Below, piece by piece: positions 51,638 through 64,000 of a stretch of DNA of 64,000 bases. Numbering within the stretch: position 1 is the stretch's first letter; each line of letters starts with the position of its first letter. The DNA comes from Gracilinanus agilis (Eukaryota), in NCBI RefSeq assembly GCF_016433145.1, contig NC_058132.1, positions 642,954,413-643,018,412 of the forward strand. Direction: 5' to 3'. Made by a program: the position numbers and the translations under genes. The notes below the pieces were generated by a model that worked only from the letters and a program-made list of their open reading frames with translations, made no database searches and was not told where the DNA came from.

Positions 51638-52383
51638 CCATCTCCTTCCCTTTCTCTTCCCTCTTCCTCTCCTCCTACCCTTTTCCTATTTGCTCTTTTC
51701 CCTCTCCTTTCCTCTTGGTCTTTGCCTTCCCCTTTCCCTCCTCCTCCTTTCATTTCTCTGTCATAGTATTGTTAGCAAGTAGCATTGTGTCTGACTCTTG
51801 GTAGATGTTTATTAGCTACTCATTGAATGTTTGTACTCAAAGACTTGTGCTTTCTTTTCATTTTCCTTATTATCAGTTATTTGGAATAATCTTTCATAAG
51901 GTTATTGACAGCTAGCAATTTTTTTCCTATTTTTTGGATACCAAAAGGATCCACATTTGAATAATTTTCATAAATTTTGATGCAAATAGGAAAATGTCAT
52001 TATTATTCTAGATCTTGACACCAGTGAGGGGTTTTGTTTGCCATACTATTATAGCATTTTCTTCACTTTTGACTGTGTTCTTTTAAAAAATGGGTTGACG
52101 AGTGCCATTGATTCTCTGGTCTATTTGAAGCACACATTGTTCTGAATATGAACCAAAAATGAGGTAGAGGATAACATTTTTCAACTTCTTAATTACATTG
52201 ACTTGATCATTTGCTTTAGTCTCATTGAGCTCTTTGCCTGGCACCCTTGCCCTGGCTTTTAAGGAATGAAAATGCTTTGGAAAACTAGGGAGGTGGCATA
52301 TAGTTTACTTGTCTAGAAAGACTTGTTATGAAATCAAGATAATGTTGAATTATATATGATTGCATTAAAATAATTGAAATTTG

Positions 52384-52577
52384 GGGGCAGCTGGGTAGCT
52401 CAGTGGATTGAGAGCCAGGCCTAGAGACGGGAGGTCCTAGGTTCAAATCTGGCCTCAGACACTTCCCAGCTGTGTGACCCTGGGCAAGTCACTTGACCCC
52501 CATTGCCTACCCTTACCACTCTTCCACCAAAGAACTAATACACAGAAGTTAAGGGTTTAAAAAAAATAAAAAAAAAT
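52384..52577 (+). mobile_element. Young SINE (SINE1_Mdo-like), intact Pol III A/B boxes
   Basis: A box TAGCTCAGTGG, B box GGTTCAAATC, retained CpG, A-rich tail; 15-bp TSD AATAATTGAAATTTG at 52369-52383 and 52578-52592. Confidence 0.92.
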
Positions 52578-52724
52578 AATAATTGAAATTTGAATGGATT
52601 GTGAAATTATTTTTATCCCTCTTCCCAATTTTTCTTTGAGATTACTTAGTTATAACAATTATTTAAATTAACTCTTTGAATCAAAAGAGGGAACATTAGT
52701 GAAAGAAAGTATCACTATTAAATT

Positions 52725-52905
52725 TTTTTTAAACCCTTAACTTCTGTGTATTGACTCCTAGGTGGAAGATTGGTAAGGGTGGGCCATGGGGGTCAAGTGA
52801 CTTGCTCAGGGTCACACAGCTGGGATGTGTCTGAGGCTAGATTTGAACCTAGGACTTCCTGTCTCTAGGCCTGACTCTCAATCCACTGAGCTACCCAGCT
52901 GCCCC
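52725..52905 (-). mobile_element. Young SINE (SINE1_Mdo-like)
   Basis: Full length; 15-bp TSD TATCACTATTAAATT at 52710-52724 and 52906-52920. Confidence 0.92.
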
Positions 52906-53285
52906 TATCACTATTAAATTGGATAAGGCTATTCCTCTAGTTTATGAAGGAATGAATTTTAGACATTCATTTATGAATCTGAATGCACTTCCTATCCAGT
53001 AGACCAAGGATTGATACAGAGTGACTGACTTCTCAGAATTGTATACAAATACCAATTTAGCCCTTGATAGAGCAAATGGGTTAAACACAGGTAAAGAAAA
53101 TCAATTAAATAATAATGTTGCAATGTAAGCACTTAGATGAAACAAAGAATATTTCTAGAAAATAATTTTAACGTTGTTTCCCTAAAAATGTTTAAATGGT
53201 GAGGATGAAAGGGTAAACAGATTTTTGTGAATATTCCAAAGAGTAATTTTGTGGCATTAAAAATAAACAGCCGGGCTGGGGGTGG

Positions 53286-53473
53286 GGGGCAGCTAGGTGG
53301 CCTCATGGATTGAAAGTCAGGCCTAGGGATGGAGGTCCTCTCACCTCAGACTCTTCCTAGCTGTGTGACTCTGGAGTAGTCATTAAACCCTTATGGCCTA
53401 GCTCTTATCACTCTTCTGTCATGGAACAAATACACAATACTGATTCTAAGACAGAAGGTAAGAGTTAAAAAAA
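53286..53473 (+). mobile_element. Older marsupial SINE (SINE2_MD-like)
   Basis: GGGGGCAGCTAGGTGG head; tail TACTGATTCTAAGACAGAAGGTAAGAGTTAAAA; B-box region deleted. Confidence 0.75.
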
Positions 53474-54255
53474 TGTAGACAGCCCTAGCTCATAGGACAA
53501 TAGGCTAAGAGATGGAGGGCCCTTAAGGGTCTCTCAATTCCAACGTTATTTTTACAGATGAGAAAACTGAAGCTCAGAGAAAGTTGGTGGGACTTGTCTA
53601 TGGCCACCAGCTGTAAGGGGCAGGGCCAGTTTCTTTCGCACTGGGACACATTTCTCGATGCCAGCATCCTTGGCAATTCTTTCTATCATTTTTCAGTTTT
53701 TCCACATGGATTATCCATCTTGTTGGTTATCTGAGAGAAAAATTAAATCCTAACCAGGCTTCCTGCAGCAGCAGCCAGTTGGTGTGTGCTTGGCAAATGC
53801 AAAATCCTTTTAATATTGACTTAATCAAAACATAATTAAAATAATTGTATTGAAAATAATGTGATATGCTAGCAGAGTATTGTTGGATTTTTAGGCATTC
53901 TAGGATTTTGTATTATCTGTGGCTTGGCCCATCGTAACATTGAAAATTCACCATAATCATGTATGATCCTTGAACCGGATTGATAGTCTGGGATATTAAA
54001 TGCCTCACCTGTGTGAATCAGAGCTATCGGCAAGGCCGAGGGGCTGGTGGGAATGGAGTGGCTTCCCCTGCAATGAAGGCATTCCAGGAAAACTGATTGC
54101 ATGATCGTTTCTTTAATGTGGCATGCAAGGGATTAGGTATGGAATATAGTCATTAGATGATTTCTGAGGCTCCTCTTCCAAGCCCAAGCTTCTTTGATTT
54201 GCTCCTATCTCGGTAAAGCCTTTTCTATCATTTGGTGTAGAAATTCCTATCAGCT

Positions 54256-54256
<1 letters not shown>

Positions 54257-54321
<65 letters not shown>
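54257..54321. repeat. (CT)32 microsatellite
   Basis: Seen directly. Confidence 0.97.
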
Positions 54322-54325
<4 letters not shown>

Positions 54326-55479
54326 TGGCTGCCATTTGGTTAATTCACTCCCTACTCAAAATGTTGTTGTGTCATGCTGGAAAGAGCCCTGGTTTTGGAA
54401 GCCACTTGGCACAGATAAAAGGAGACAGTTTTGTGATGGATCTTTGAAAAAGATCTGATTGTACTTCTTTGGGGGCATTGTTTGAAATCATTGATGGGGG
54501 GAAAGGTATGGGGCAACTCCTCCCCCCCCCACACACACACCTCCCTCAGAACACTCTGGTCCTCCCAGATGGATTGAGATTTCTCACTTCACTTCAAGTT
54601 CTTAGTGAAATGGAATCATTTTGGTTTCTGATACTGTTAGGTGTCCATGGGCCCTTGATAATGCAGATAGGGGTCTCGTGTTGCAAAAGGTAAGGCCAAT
54701 CACTCACCTGGGACTTCCAATCCTGGGTGATCCCATGTGGAAATCCTCTGCCAAAGCATCATCAGAGTACTTACATAGTACTTGGGCTATGAGTCAGTGA
54801 CCCTTTTTTTTTCTATTTCATATGTTTCCCCCCCCCACGAAATCTTTTACTGCAAATAGTCATAGATAATCGTGCAGCCAAACAGATTTCCATTACGTGC
54901 AGTGTCCACAGCCATCATCAGTGTCTGTACCCTGTCGGCTCTGGGGGGAAATTAATCAACAAACATTAATCGGCTATTTAATATGGTAAGGCACTGAAAG
55001 GAAGTATTAGGGACATGAGTAAAAAGAATGAAACATTCTCAATTCTTAACATACATTTTCTTTTGGATAAGACAACAAATGTATATATGAATATGTCCAA
55101 ATAAATACAGATAAGTCCAAAGTAGTTAAATTCAAGAGAGTTGGGAGGTGCCAGCAAGGTGGGAGTGGTGGTGGGGGGAATCAGAAAGGGTGTCATTTAT
55201 GTCATTTACAGTTCAAGCTTTGTTTTCTATGGGCTCATTAAAAATATTTTATTGATATTCTTTACATAAATCATTATGTATAGTTTAGCGATTTTGGGGG
55301 GCTATAATTGCATTCCCCCATTAGAATCATTAGTCTTAGTGTGCCTGACTTTGCATGAATGCAATATTATTTTCTTTTTTCTCCTTTTGTAGTTTTTCCC
55401 ACAATGATGGATGTCATGTAAAACCTCAATTACATATATGTTATATATATATTTAATTTCCATTGATTTTATTATTGGT

Positions 55480-56084
55480 GATTTAGAAAGTATTTTTTCC
55501 CTAAAATTGATTTTATTGATATCTATTTGTTTTCATTTGTTTGGATTTCCCCCAGTATCTCTCCCATAAGCCTTCCCAAAGAGCTATTCTTTATAATAAA
55601 GATATTTGATTGTTTTAACAAAGGAAGAAAAAGAAGAAAAAATCAGCCACACTAATATCAATTTTAAAAAAAACCTTCTTTACTTGCTATGTTCCATACT
55701 TTTTGGAGCCCACCCTGCCTCCCAAACCTCTCTGGAAAAGAGTGGGAGGACCTGTCTTCTCATATCTCTTCCTTGAAGTCATGTTTGTCCTATGTCATTT
55801 TTCAGTATTTATCTTCAAATGTCTTTTGTTTTTGTTGCCTAATATATTCGAATGTAAATTGATTTTCTGGCCCAGCTAACTTCCCTTTGCATCTGCTCAC
55901 AGAGAAGTCTTCCTATTTCTCTATTTATCATGATTGTCATTTCTTAGAGTATGATAGTATTCTCTCATATTCATTTACCACAATTTGTTCAGCAATTCAC
56001 CAACTGATAGTTATTCACTATGCTTCTAGTTCTTTTTTGCCCTAAAAAGTGCTACTAAACCTATTTTGGTGTGTTTTGAATCTA

Positions 56085-56115
<31 letters not shown>

Positions 56116-56170
56116 GTAACGAGCTCCTTGGAATATATGCCCAGAAATGGAAAGGGTGTGACCATTTTAG
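55480..56170 (-). mobile_element. Old marsupial L1 3' end
   Basis: Antisense L1 3' UTR and ORF2-end motifs (TACCACAATTTGTTCAGCAATTCACCAACTGAT). Confidence 0.65.
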
Positions 56171-56199
56171 GCATCTTATTTCAGTATCTTGCAGTGTAT

Positions 56200-56470
56200 T
56201 CGAGTACACATCTTAAACCCCACATGTCTGAAGTAGAAGTCATCATCTTTGCCCCTAAACTCTCCTCTCCTTACCAATCTTCTCTATCATTATAGATGGC
56301 AATCTCTTCCTCCCGTTCTTTCAATCTCACAATCTAGGAGTCATCTTGAATCTCTCACCCTCCCCACTCCTTCCCCCTATGTCAAGGCCCATTGATTTCA
56401 CAGATATGCCCTCTTTTCTTTTCTGATCCTACTGCCACCCTGGTGCTTGCTTTAATCACTGCACACTATT
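56200..56470 (+). mobile_element. L2 ORF2 fragment
   Basis: CACAATCTAGGAGTCATCTTGAAT encodes HNLGVILN; preceded by HMSEVEVIIF. Confidence 0.65.
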
Positions 56471-57008
56471 GCAATGGCTGTTGAGTATATTTTTAATTGA
56501 ACTAAGAAAGTGATAGAATGGGGCATCACACCTGGCATCAGGGCTTCTGGCATCTAGATGGATCATCCGGTATGAGAAATTGAATGAATTAATCTCTCCA
56601 AACCTCAGTGATATGATTTGCAAAATATGACAGTTGAATGAAGGATCTCAATTGTCGTTTTCACCACTTAGATTCTACATTAACAGGGAATCCTTATGGG
56701 TGAGTAGTGGTGGGTAGATGTTAGCCGTTCTCCTGCTATTTTTGTCCTTGGTGTTGGACCCTGGAGGAGTTTAATGAACTCATTTAAGCCATCACTTGGA
56801 AGTTATTTTAAACAAGTATCCTACTTTGCATTAATTTCTGAGCATAACATTCTAGAGGCATGCTGGGATAAGAATGCAAGATGTGCAGGCAGAGGTCCTT
56901 GGTTCGATGTGGTTTTGACCCTGTTTCTCTGTGGGACTGCAGCTAAGTCACTTCATTTCCCTGAAGGTGAAATCTCAGTGTTTCTATTATTCAAAGTTAT
57001 ATTGGGTC

Positions 57009-57180
57009 AGGGACAGCTAGGTGGCTCAGTGGATACAACTCCAAGGCTATTGATGGGAGGTACTGGGTTCAAATTTGACCTCAGACACTTAACCTCCATT
57101 GTCTAAGCCCTTCCTGCTCTTCTGCCTTTGAATCAATGCATAGTACTGATTCTAAGATGGAAGGTGAGATTTTTTTTTAA
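57009..57180 (+). mobile_element. Older marsupial SINE (SINE2_MD-like), internally deleted
   Basis: GGACAGCTAGGTGGCTCAGTGG head, GGTTCAAATT B box, family tail. Confidence 0.7.
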
Positions 57181-57573
57181 GCTGATAGGGTCATGAAATT
57201 AGAATTGTCCTCGATCTTCAGGGGGATCAAATCCATTCCCCTTGTTTTATAGATGAAGAAAATGGTTTACTCAATCAGGTAAATGCTAGGTGGCCACATC
57301 AAGATATCAGCTCAGGACCTTCCTTGACTCCAAATCTTTTCCTTTGCTGGGTCATGTCTCTTCCAACTGGAAACACTTGTAATGCCTAACACAAGTTTTC
57401 TGTAAGGAAAACTGCTGGAATCTTATTAAAGCATAGAAGAAATCAAAATTAGAATTTATAGAGTATTTGTTATTTTAGGGTAGGGGCGATTTGTACCCCC
57501 ATAGGCCAAAATCAATCTGGAATATCGCAATCTAATATACAAACATGAGTACCTCCTTTCAATCACCACATTC

Positions 57574-57927
57574 NNNNNNNNNNNNNNNNNNNNNNNNNNN
57601 NNNNNNNNNNNNNNNNNNNNNNNNNNNNNNNNNNNNNNNNNNNNNNNNNNNNNNNNNNNNNNNNNNNNNNNNNNNNNNNNNNNNNNNNNNNNNNNNNNNN
57701 NNNNNNNNNNNNNNNNNNNNNNNNNNNNNNNNNNNNNNNNNNNNNNNNNNNNNNNNNNNNNNNNNNNNNNNNNNNNNNNNNNNNNNNNNNNNNNNNNNNN
57801 NNNNNNNNNNNNNNNNNNNNNNNNNNNNNNNNNNNNNNNNNNNNNNNNNNNNNNNNNNNNNNNNNNNNNNNNNNNNNNNNNNNNNNNNNNNNNNNNNNNN
57901 NNNNNNNNNNNNNNNNNNNNNNNNNNN
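57574..57927. other. Assembly gap (354 N)
   Basis: Run of N; right flank is a TCTG/ATGT microsatellite. Confidence 0.99.
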
Positions 57928-60627
57928 CTGTCTGTCTGTATGTTTGTATGTATGAACTGACATTCTTCTAAATTGAGTTAATTTAAATGAATGAAAAATA
58001 ATTTTTATACGATTTGAAGGAAATGCGTGAATCTTAATTACAAATCAATGAGCTGTTTGTTATGACAGATGAATCTCAAAAAGAATCCAAAAGAATAATG
58101 GAAAGTTCTACTTGCAGACTCAAAAAGCAAATGCTGCAAGTGGTCATGAATTTAAAGGATGATTGCAGAATATGTCTCAGCCTTTGGGTCTTTTCTAGCA
58201 CATGGTGTCAGCTCTCTATACCTTCCCACCACCCTTTTTGAATTGAGTTAGTCTGGAATGTTATCACTCATATTTGCCAGTAGAAGACATTTGTCCCTAA
58301 TACTAAATGTGGATTTCCCAGTCATGCTAATGCTCCTATTTTCATTGCTTGAGAGATCTTCATTTTGTCCTGACTGTCCCACTTTCTAAACTTTGCATTT
58401 CATGAAACACCCACTAACCCTCATGGTGTGGGATTTACCACTCAAACTTATTCTTTATGCTCAGAGTCAAAATTCCTGTCACCTTAAGGCAGAATGGAGA
58501 CTTTCCCCTCTGCAGCCCTCTTTGGATGGTTGTTTTCCATATTTTGGAGTGTTTTTGTCTCCGGTTTGTTGTTCTAAGGAGCGCCAGCAGGAGCGTTGTT
58601 TCAGGAGTCACTCCCACTCTGGGGTTTTAACATGATTTCGATAATGAATGCTGAGTTGTTGTCCACTGATTACATATTTGCTGTCTCTAAAACACAATCC
58701 CTTCATGGGAAAGAATGCAACCACTTTCCCCCACTGATAAATGCCGATGGAGAGAGATTGAATTACAGTATAAGTAGGGACCCCAGGGGTGGTTTTTCCT
58801 TGGTTGTTCTGTGGCTGAGCTTATGGCCATATGCTACTTTTTATTGCAGTCTCAGGTAATGACATTCCCTGGATTTTAGTACTTCCAGGCGATTCCAGGA
58901 GATGAAGGAAGGATAGGATAATATTGCAGAAAGGACACGACACCACTCTACATTTTTAATGTATCTTTTCAATGCTTGATTGGATCACTAATTCTAAAAT
59001 TTCTATTATGTGGATATTTGACACTATATTTTGTTGGTGGTTTCTGCTGGCACAACCCAATGCTGGCTAGATATGTCTCCATATACTCCAATTGAAGAGG
59101 CTAAAGTTTATATTTTAGAAGAGGACTCCAAGATTTTTTGCTGTGGTTGTTGAGAAAGAAGAGGGCACACATTATAGCTATAAATGGATTCAGCATCGAT
59201 AATCCATGACTTTTTGTATTTCTTTGGTGTCCGGGCTCTTTGTCTCCCTAAAACCAAAGTTAAAGTCACCTCTTTGTAACTTCCACATATTGGCTCTAGG
59301 TATACCTGGGTATATAGTGCCTAAGCTGAGTAGAAGAAAGCCCTTTTGCATGTGAGATAGATTCAAATCCTTGAGATCAATTATCATTAGTACTTCCCAT
59401 CTTTTCTGTAGTCAAAACATCCCTCATTTCCTCCCAGCTGCCCTCCTATGACATGATCTCAAACCCTGCCTCTCTTGTGGTTGGATTAGGTTGGGGTGCT
59501 AGTGGTGTAGTGTGGGGTATGAATGTGGCACAATGGAAATAACAGTGACTCTGAACTAAGAGGATCTGGGGTAAAATCTTAATTCCATTGTTACCAGTGT
59601 CGCTCTGAACAAGTCATTCAACCTCAGTGAGCCTCAGTTTCCTCATCTGTGAAATCTGGGGGTTGGACTAACTCTATTTAGTGTCTTGCTGATTTTCCTC
59701 TGGATCCCCAAAGGCTTCGTTGTTGCCCTCTTCAGAGAGCTGCCAATATCGTACCGATTTCCCCTGGGGAAGCTGTTATGAAACTTAATGAGAAATGCAT
59801 TCCAGATGGGATCATCTGCTCTCTAACCTTTCCTCGATGACCTGGTCAAGTTGCTTCAGTTCTGTCCAGCTTTTTCAGAGGGAAATTGTCGGCTGGGAAT
59901 AGATAATCTTGGGTGTCTCTTTCCTCCTCTCTGAACCTTCAGAACCTGTGTTCATGATGCCATTCTCTAAACTCTCCTAGTGAGGGATAAGTGGCGAGGT
60001 GTTCCTGCTGCCCACGGAGTCCCTGCCTTGCCATGGGCCTTGAGAAATGGGATTGGGGCAGGGGAGAATGGACTTCTCTGGGAATTTCTTGCTTTTGTTG
60101 TTGTTGTAATAAATGCCAAAGGGAATGGAAATAATGGTGGCTATTTTACCTTTGGACTTGCCCCATGGTTTGCAACAGAGACACGATTTAACATTATCCT
60201 CCATATGGAGGAACTTTACTGAAATCAATCCCTTAAATGCAAGATAGAGGAGGCAAAAATTAACAGTTGTTTTCTGATGATGATCCAGGAATATTAGAAG
60301 ATTGCAGATTCAATGTGAGTTAACAGTGCTCTGGGGTAGCTGAGGAAGGGGATACAATCTTGGCTGAATTAAATCTCTTCTCCAGGTCTAGGAAAGTGAT
60401 GATACTATTTAATTATGCCCTTACCAAGACACACGTGGAGTTTCTGGGTTCAGAGCTGGGCTCTATAGTATAGAGGGGCATGGATGAATGCTTGGAGAAG
60501 AGAGTAATCAGGGTGGAAAAAGGCCTTGAGATTCTGTCAGATGTGTATTACCTGGAGGAATGTCATAGCCTTAGTCTAGTAAGGAGTTGATGTGGGAATG
60601 GTGGTGGTGGTTGTGATGATGTCATTC

Positions 60628-60820
60628 TTTTTTTTTTTTTAAACCCATCATTTAGGTCTTGGAATTCATACTTAGTATTGGTTCCAGCAGTAAGGGCTAA
60701 ACCAATGGGGTTAAGGGACTTGCCCAAGGTCACTTAGCTAGGCAGTTTCCAAGGCTGGATTTGAACCCAGGACCTCCCATCTTCAGGCCTGACTCTACCC
60801 ATTGAGTCACTTACTTCCCC
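60628..60820 (-). mobile_element. Older marsupial SINE (SINE2_MD-like)
   Basis: Poly-T, diverged body, short TSD TCATTCTT. Confidence 0.7.
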
Positions 60821-61145
60821 CTGGCATCATTCTTAAGTGTTTGACAAAAGGTCATGTGGAGAAGGAGATAGATTTGTTCTTTCTTATCCCAGTTAGAGAG
60901 AGAATCAATATCTGAAAGGTGCAAAGACACTAATGTTAGAAAGAACTTCCTACATTTTAGGAACTATACAGCTCTAGAATGGATTGCTCAGAGAGGAAAT
61001 AGATTCCCCTTCAGAGATCATCTAGCAGGCTATGATTGGTTTGGGTAACTTCTTGGGAACCAGCACAAGGGACACTTACTTACGTTTGGGTTGGACTGGA
61101 TGTGGACACTGACAGCTCCTCCTAATCAGGGACTGTGAAATTCAG
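60820..61145 (+). mobile_element. CR1/L3 LINE 3' fragment
   Basis: AGGTCATGTGGAGAAGGAGATAGATTTGTTC...TAGAAAGAACTTCCTAC...GGTTGGACTGGATG resembles the L3 3' end. Confidence 0.55.
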
Positions 61146-61980
61146 ACATGAAGCAGAATTCATTGAAGGGTGGCAGGGAGGAACCCAGCCTCAGTGAGAG
61201 AGAGAAACAAATCCCCTGTCCAACCTGACATTGCCTTACCTCTCCTCTGTAGCTGTGGAGAAACGGGGTTGCCAGAGATTGCTTGACTTTTTCAAGGCCT
61301 CAGACAAAGAAAATCTTGCTAGTTATTGTCTTTGGACTTTCTCTGGTCCTCTTTGTACAGGTGAACTGCTCCCCAGAGGCCTGATTATGATGCTCTAGAC
61401 CGATTCGCACTTTCCTATGGATTCAGCCTGGCCTGAGCAGTGAACAGTTTTGTTTTAACCTTTCCCTAATTAGCTGTTCATTCACTCATGAACAAGTGCC
61501 CAATTTCACAATAGAGAAGTCCCCTTCAGGGAGGAAAAAGGCATTTCTTTGTATTGTTCACCTATCATATTGTGCTCTTTATGCGACTGGAAAAAAAAAT
61601 ATATGTAATTAAAGTGGGAAAAGTAATTTGTTTTTCCTTTGTTATAGTTTAAAAAAAAAGAAGATTTAAGAGGCTCAAAGATGTAAATTCAATATGTTCA
61701 GCTCTTTCAGGGCTTGGGCTCTTCAGAGATTTATTTATCAAGAGTAAATCTACATTTGAAAGCTTCATGCATTCTCCTTTGACCTCCAGCACTTCACCTT
61801 GGATGGTAGATTTAGGTTCCTCAGTATTTCTGACCCTAGAACAGGATTTACATATTAAACAAATTGCTTCTTCTGATGTACCTCCCTCCAAAAAAAAAAC
61901 AAAAAAAAAACATACATCCAGCCTCCATACTGCCTGTTCAGCTTTCTGTCTTTAACATAATTATTAAGAATTATCTATTC

Positions 61981-62190
61981 AGGGGGCAGCTAGCTGGCTC
62001 ATTATATTGAGAGCCAGGCCCAGAGATGAGAGGTCCTGGGTTCAAATCTAGCCTTAGACACTTCCTAGCTGTGTGACCCTGGGCAAGTGACTTAATCCCC
62101 TATGCCTCACCTTTACCACCCTTCTGCCTTGGAACCAATACATAGTACTAATTCTAGGATGGAAGCTAAGGATTAAAAAAAAAAGAAAAA
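61981..62190 (+). mobile_element. Older marsupial SINE (SINE2_MD-like)
   Basis: Full length with A-tail; degraded TSD AAGAAT(T/A)ATCT. Confidence 0.78.
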
Positions 62191-63266
62191 GAATAATCTC
62201 ATCACAGAATGGACTTTGTCAGTCCTTTCCTGCTTTTGGAAGCTTCTTAACTTATAGATGAGTGTTTCCATCGCTCCACTCCAACTGCTTCATTACTTCA
62301 TCTTTCAAATGAAAAATGGAGACCCAGAAAAGTGAACTAGTATGATAAGTCAAAAAAGTAAGCTCATTTCTCTAAAATCTTTCCACGATACACATGCAGC
62401 TGCCTCTTTGCCACTGGTTGAATCATCCCAGGTCTCTTGCTGTGATCACTGGCTTCTGGAATTTCCCAGAGAGCTCTAGATATTACCTTTCCCTTCCCAC
62501 CCCTACTGGATTGGTCAGGGAAAGCTAATTTATGTGGACTTTCCAGTTCTTTCTACAGATTTGTATGTGGGGGGAAGTGTGTGGTACTCTCTACTAAAAC
62601 AGAAAGTAACAGGAGCTCCCAAAAGTAAGAGAAAAATGCCCTTGTTCTGCCTTCTTCATCCTGTTTAACCTTTCCACAGGTTTAGAAATGTCCCTAACCT
62701 AGAATTCTATGCTTCAAAGGATAGTGAGGAGGAACCACTGTCCCAACTTGAGATGCATGAGAAAAGAGGACCACTACCACCAGGTATCCCAGGTCAGAAA
62801 TGCCCCCAAAAGTCACAAACCTTAACTTTTAGTCAAAATGCCATTATTCTAAATCAATGCCACATATTTGCTAATTTTTATAATAACCACCAAGAAAGCA
62901 CTGAAAAGGCATTCTAAATTAGCTTAAGGGACCAGCCATGACCTTTCTACCTGAAGGTTAGAAAGGAAGATCTTTCACCATCCTTAGAATTCTCTGAGTA
63001 GCTTAGTCTCCAGATCTAGGAAAAGGATGTCCCTATTGCCCTCTGCCTTCCTCAGGGCACATGTTGGGTATTTGGGTTCAGGTTTGATCCCCACAATGTA
63101 GAAAGGGATGCATGAACTCTTGGAGAAGAGAGTGTCCAGGACACTGAATTGGGTGCTAAGGAAAAGGAAATAACATGTCCTGACACTTGTTTGGTCATTA
63201 GAAAGAATTAGTGTTATTAAGAAAGAATAGTCAGAGAAACAGAGGGTCACTTGCTCATGGTTCATC

Positions 63267-64000
63267 TTTTTTTTTTTTATTTAGAATATTTTTCCATGGT
63301 TCCATGATTATGATTTTCCCACCCTTCTTCCCTTTCACCCACCCAGAGCTGACAAGCAATTCCACTGGGTTATACATATATCATTGTTAAAAACCTATTT
63401 CTATGTTATTCGTATTTGCAGTAGAGCGATCCTTTAATATCAAACCCCAATCACATCCCCAACTGAACCACATGATTGATCATATATTTTTCTTCTGCAT
63501 TTCTACTCCCACAGTTCTTTCTCTGGATGTCCATAGCGTTCTTTCTCACAAATCCCTCTGGATTGTCCTGGGTCATTGCATTGTTGTTAGTAGCAGAGTC
63601 AGTTAAATTTGATTGTGCTACAATGTATCCGTCTCTGTGTACAATGTTCTCCTGGTTCTGCTCCTTTCACTCTGCATCACTTCCTGGAGATCTTTCCAGT
63701 TCGCATGGAATTCCTCCAATTCATTATTCCTTTCAGCACAATAGTATTCCATCACCAGCAGATACCACAATTTGTTCAGTCATTCCCTAGTCGATGGACA
63801 ACCCCACATTTTCCAATTTTTTTGCCACCACAAAGAGTGCTGCTATAAAATATTTTTGTACAAGTCTTTTTCCTTATTATCTCTTTGGGGGTACAAAACC
63901 AGCAGTGGTATAGCTGGATCAAAGAGCAGGCATTCTTTTAAAGCCCCTTGCACATAGTTTCAAATTGTCCTCCAGAATGGTTGGACCAATTCACAACTCC
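63267..64000 (-). mobile_element. L1 LINE 3' end (3' UTR plus ORF2 C-terminus), runs off the window
   Basis: Poly-T at 63267. Minus-strand translation gives ELVQPFW...FDPAIPLL...LNKLWYLLVMEYYCA...QSERSRTRRTLYTETDTL*, with stop at 63618-63620; internal stops and a frameshift make it inactive. Confidence 0.93.

Overview
Eukaryotic, repeat-rich genomic DNA from a marsupial, most likely the opossum Monodelphis domestica (inferred from SINE1_Mdo-like SINEs plus abundant MIR, L2 and hAT elements). The only coding sequence I can support is the A-isoform first coding exon (exon 1a, 33746-33944, + strand) of FGF12 (FHF1). It sits at the 3' end of a ~3 kb CpG island (~31100-34100) that is its likely promoter. 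Exon 2 of FGF12 is not in the window. The 30 kb downstream is therefore intron, and the 31 kb upstream is probably intron of the upstream-initiated B isoform (inference). The rest is SINEs (several young, with intact TSDs), hAT MITEs, L1/L2/CR1/MIR remnants, a possible solo LTR, microsatellites and three N gaps. There is no tRNA, rRNA, CRISPR array or prokaryotic system. The best leads are: (1) a 195-nt, stop-free, phase-1/phase-1 candidate alternative FGF12 exon at 32620-32814 whose donor core (CAG|GTCAGT) matches exon 1a's; (2) a perfect 49-bp palindrome at 1984-2032; (3) a closely spaced inverted pair of ~92% identical SINEs at 52384-52905; (4) a possible 6-nt microexon at 58850-58855. All four are unverified inferences.
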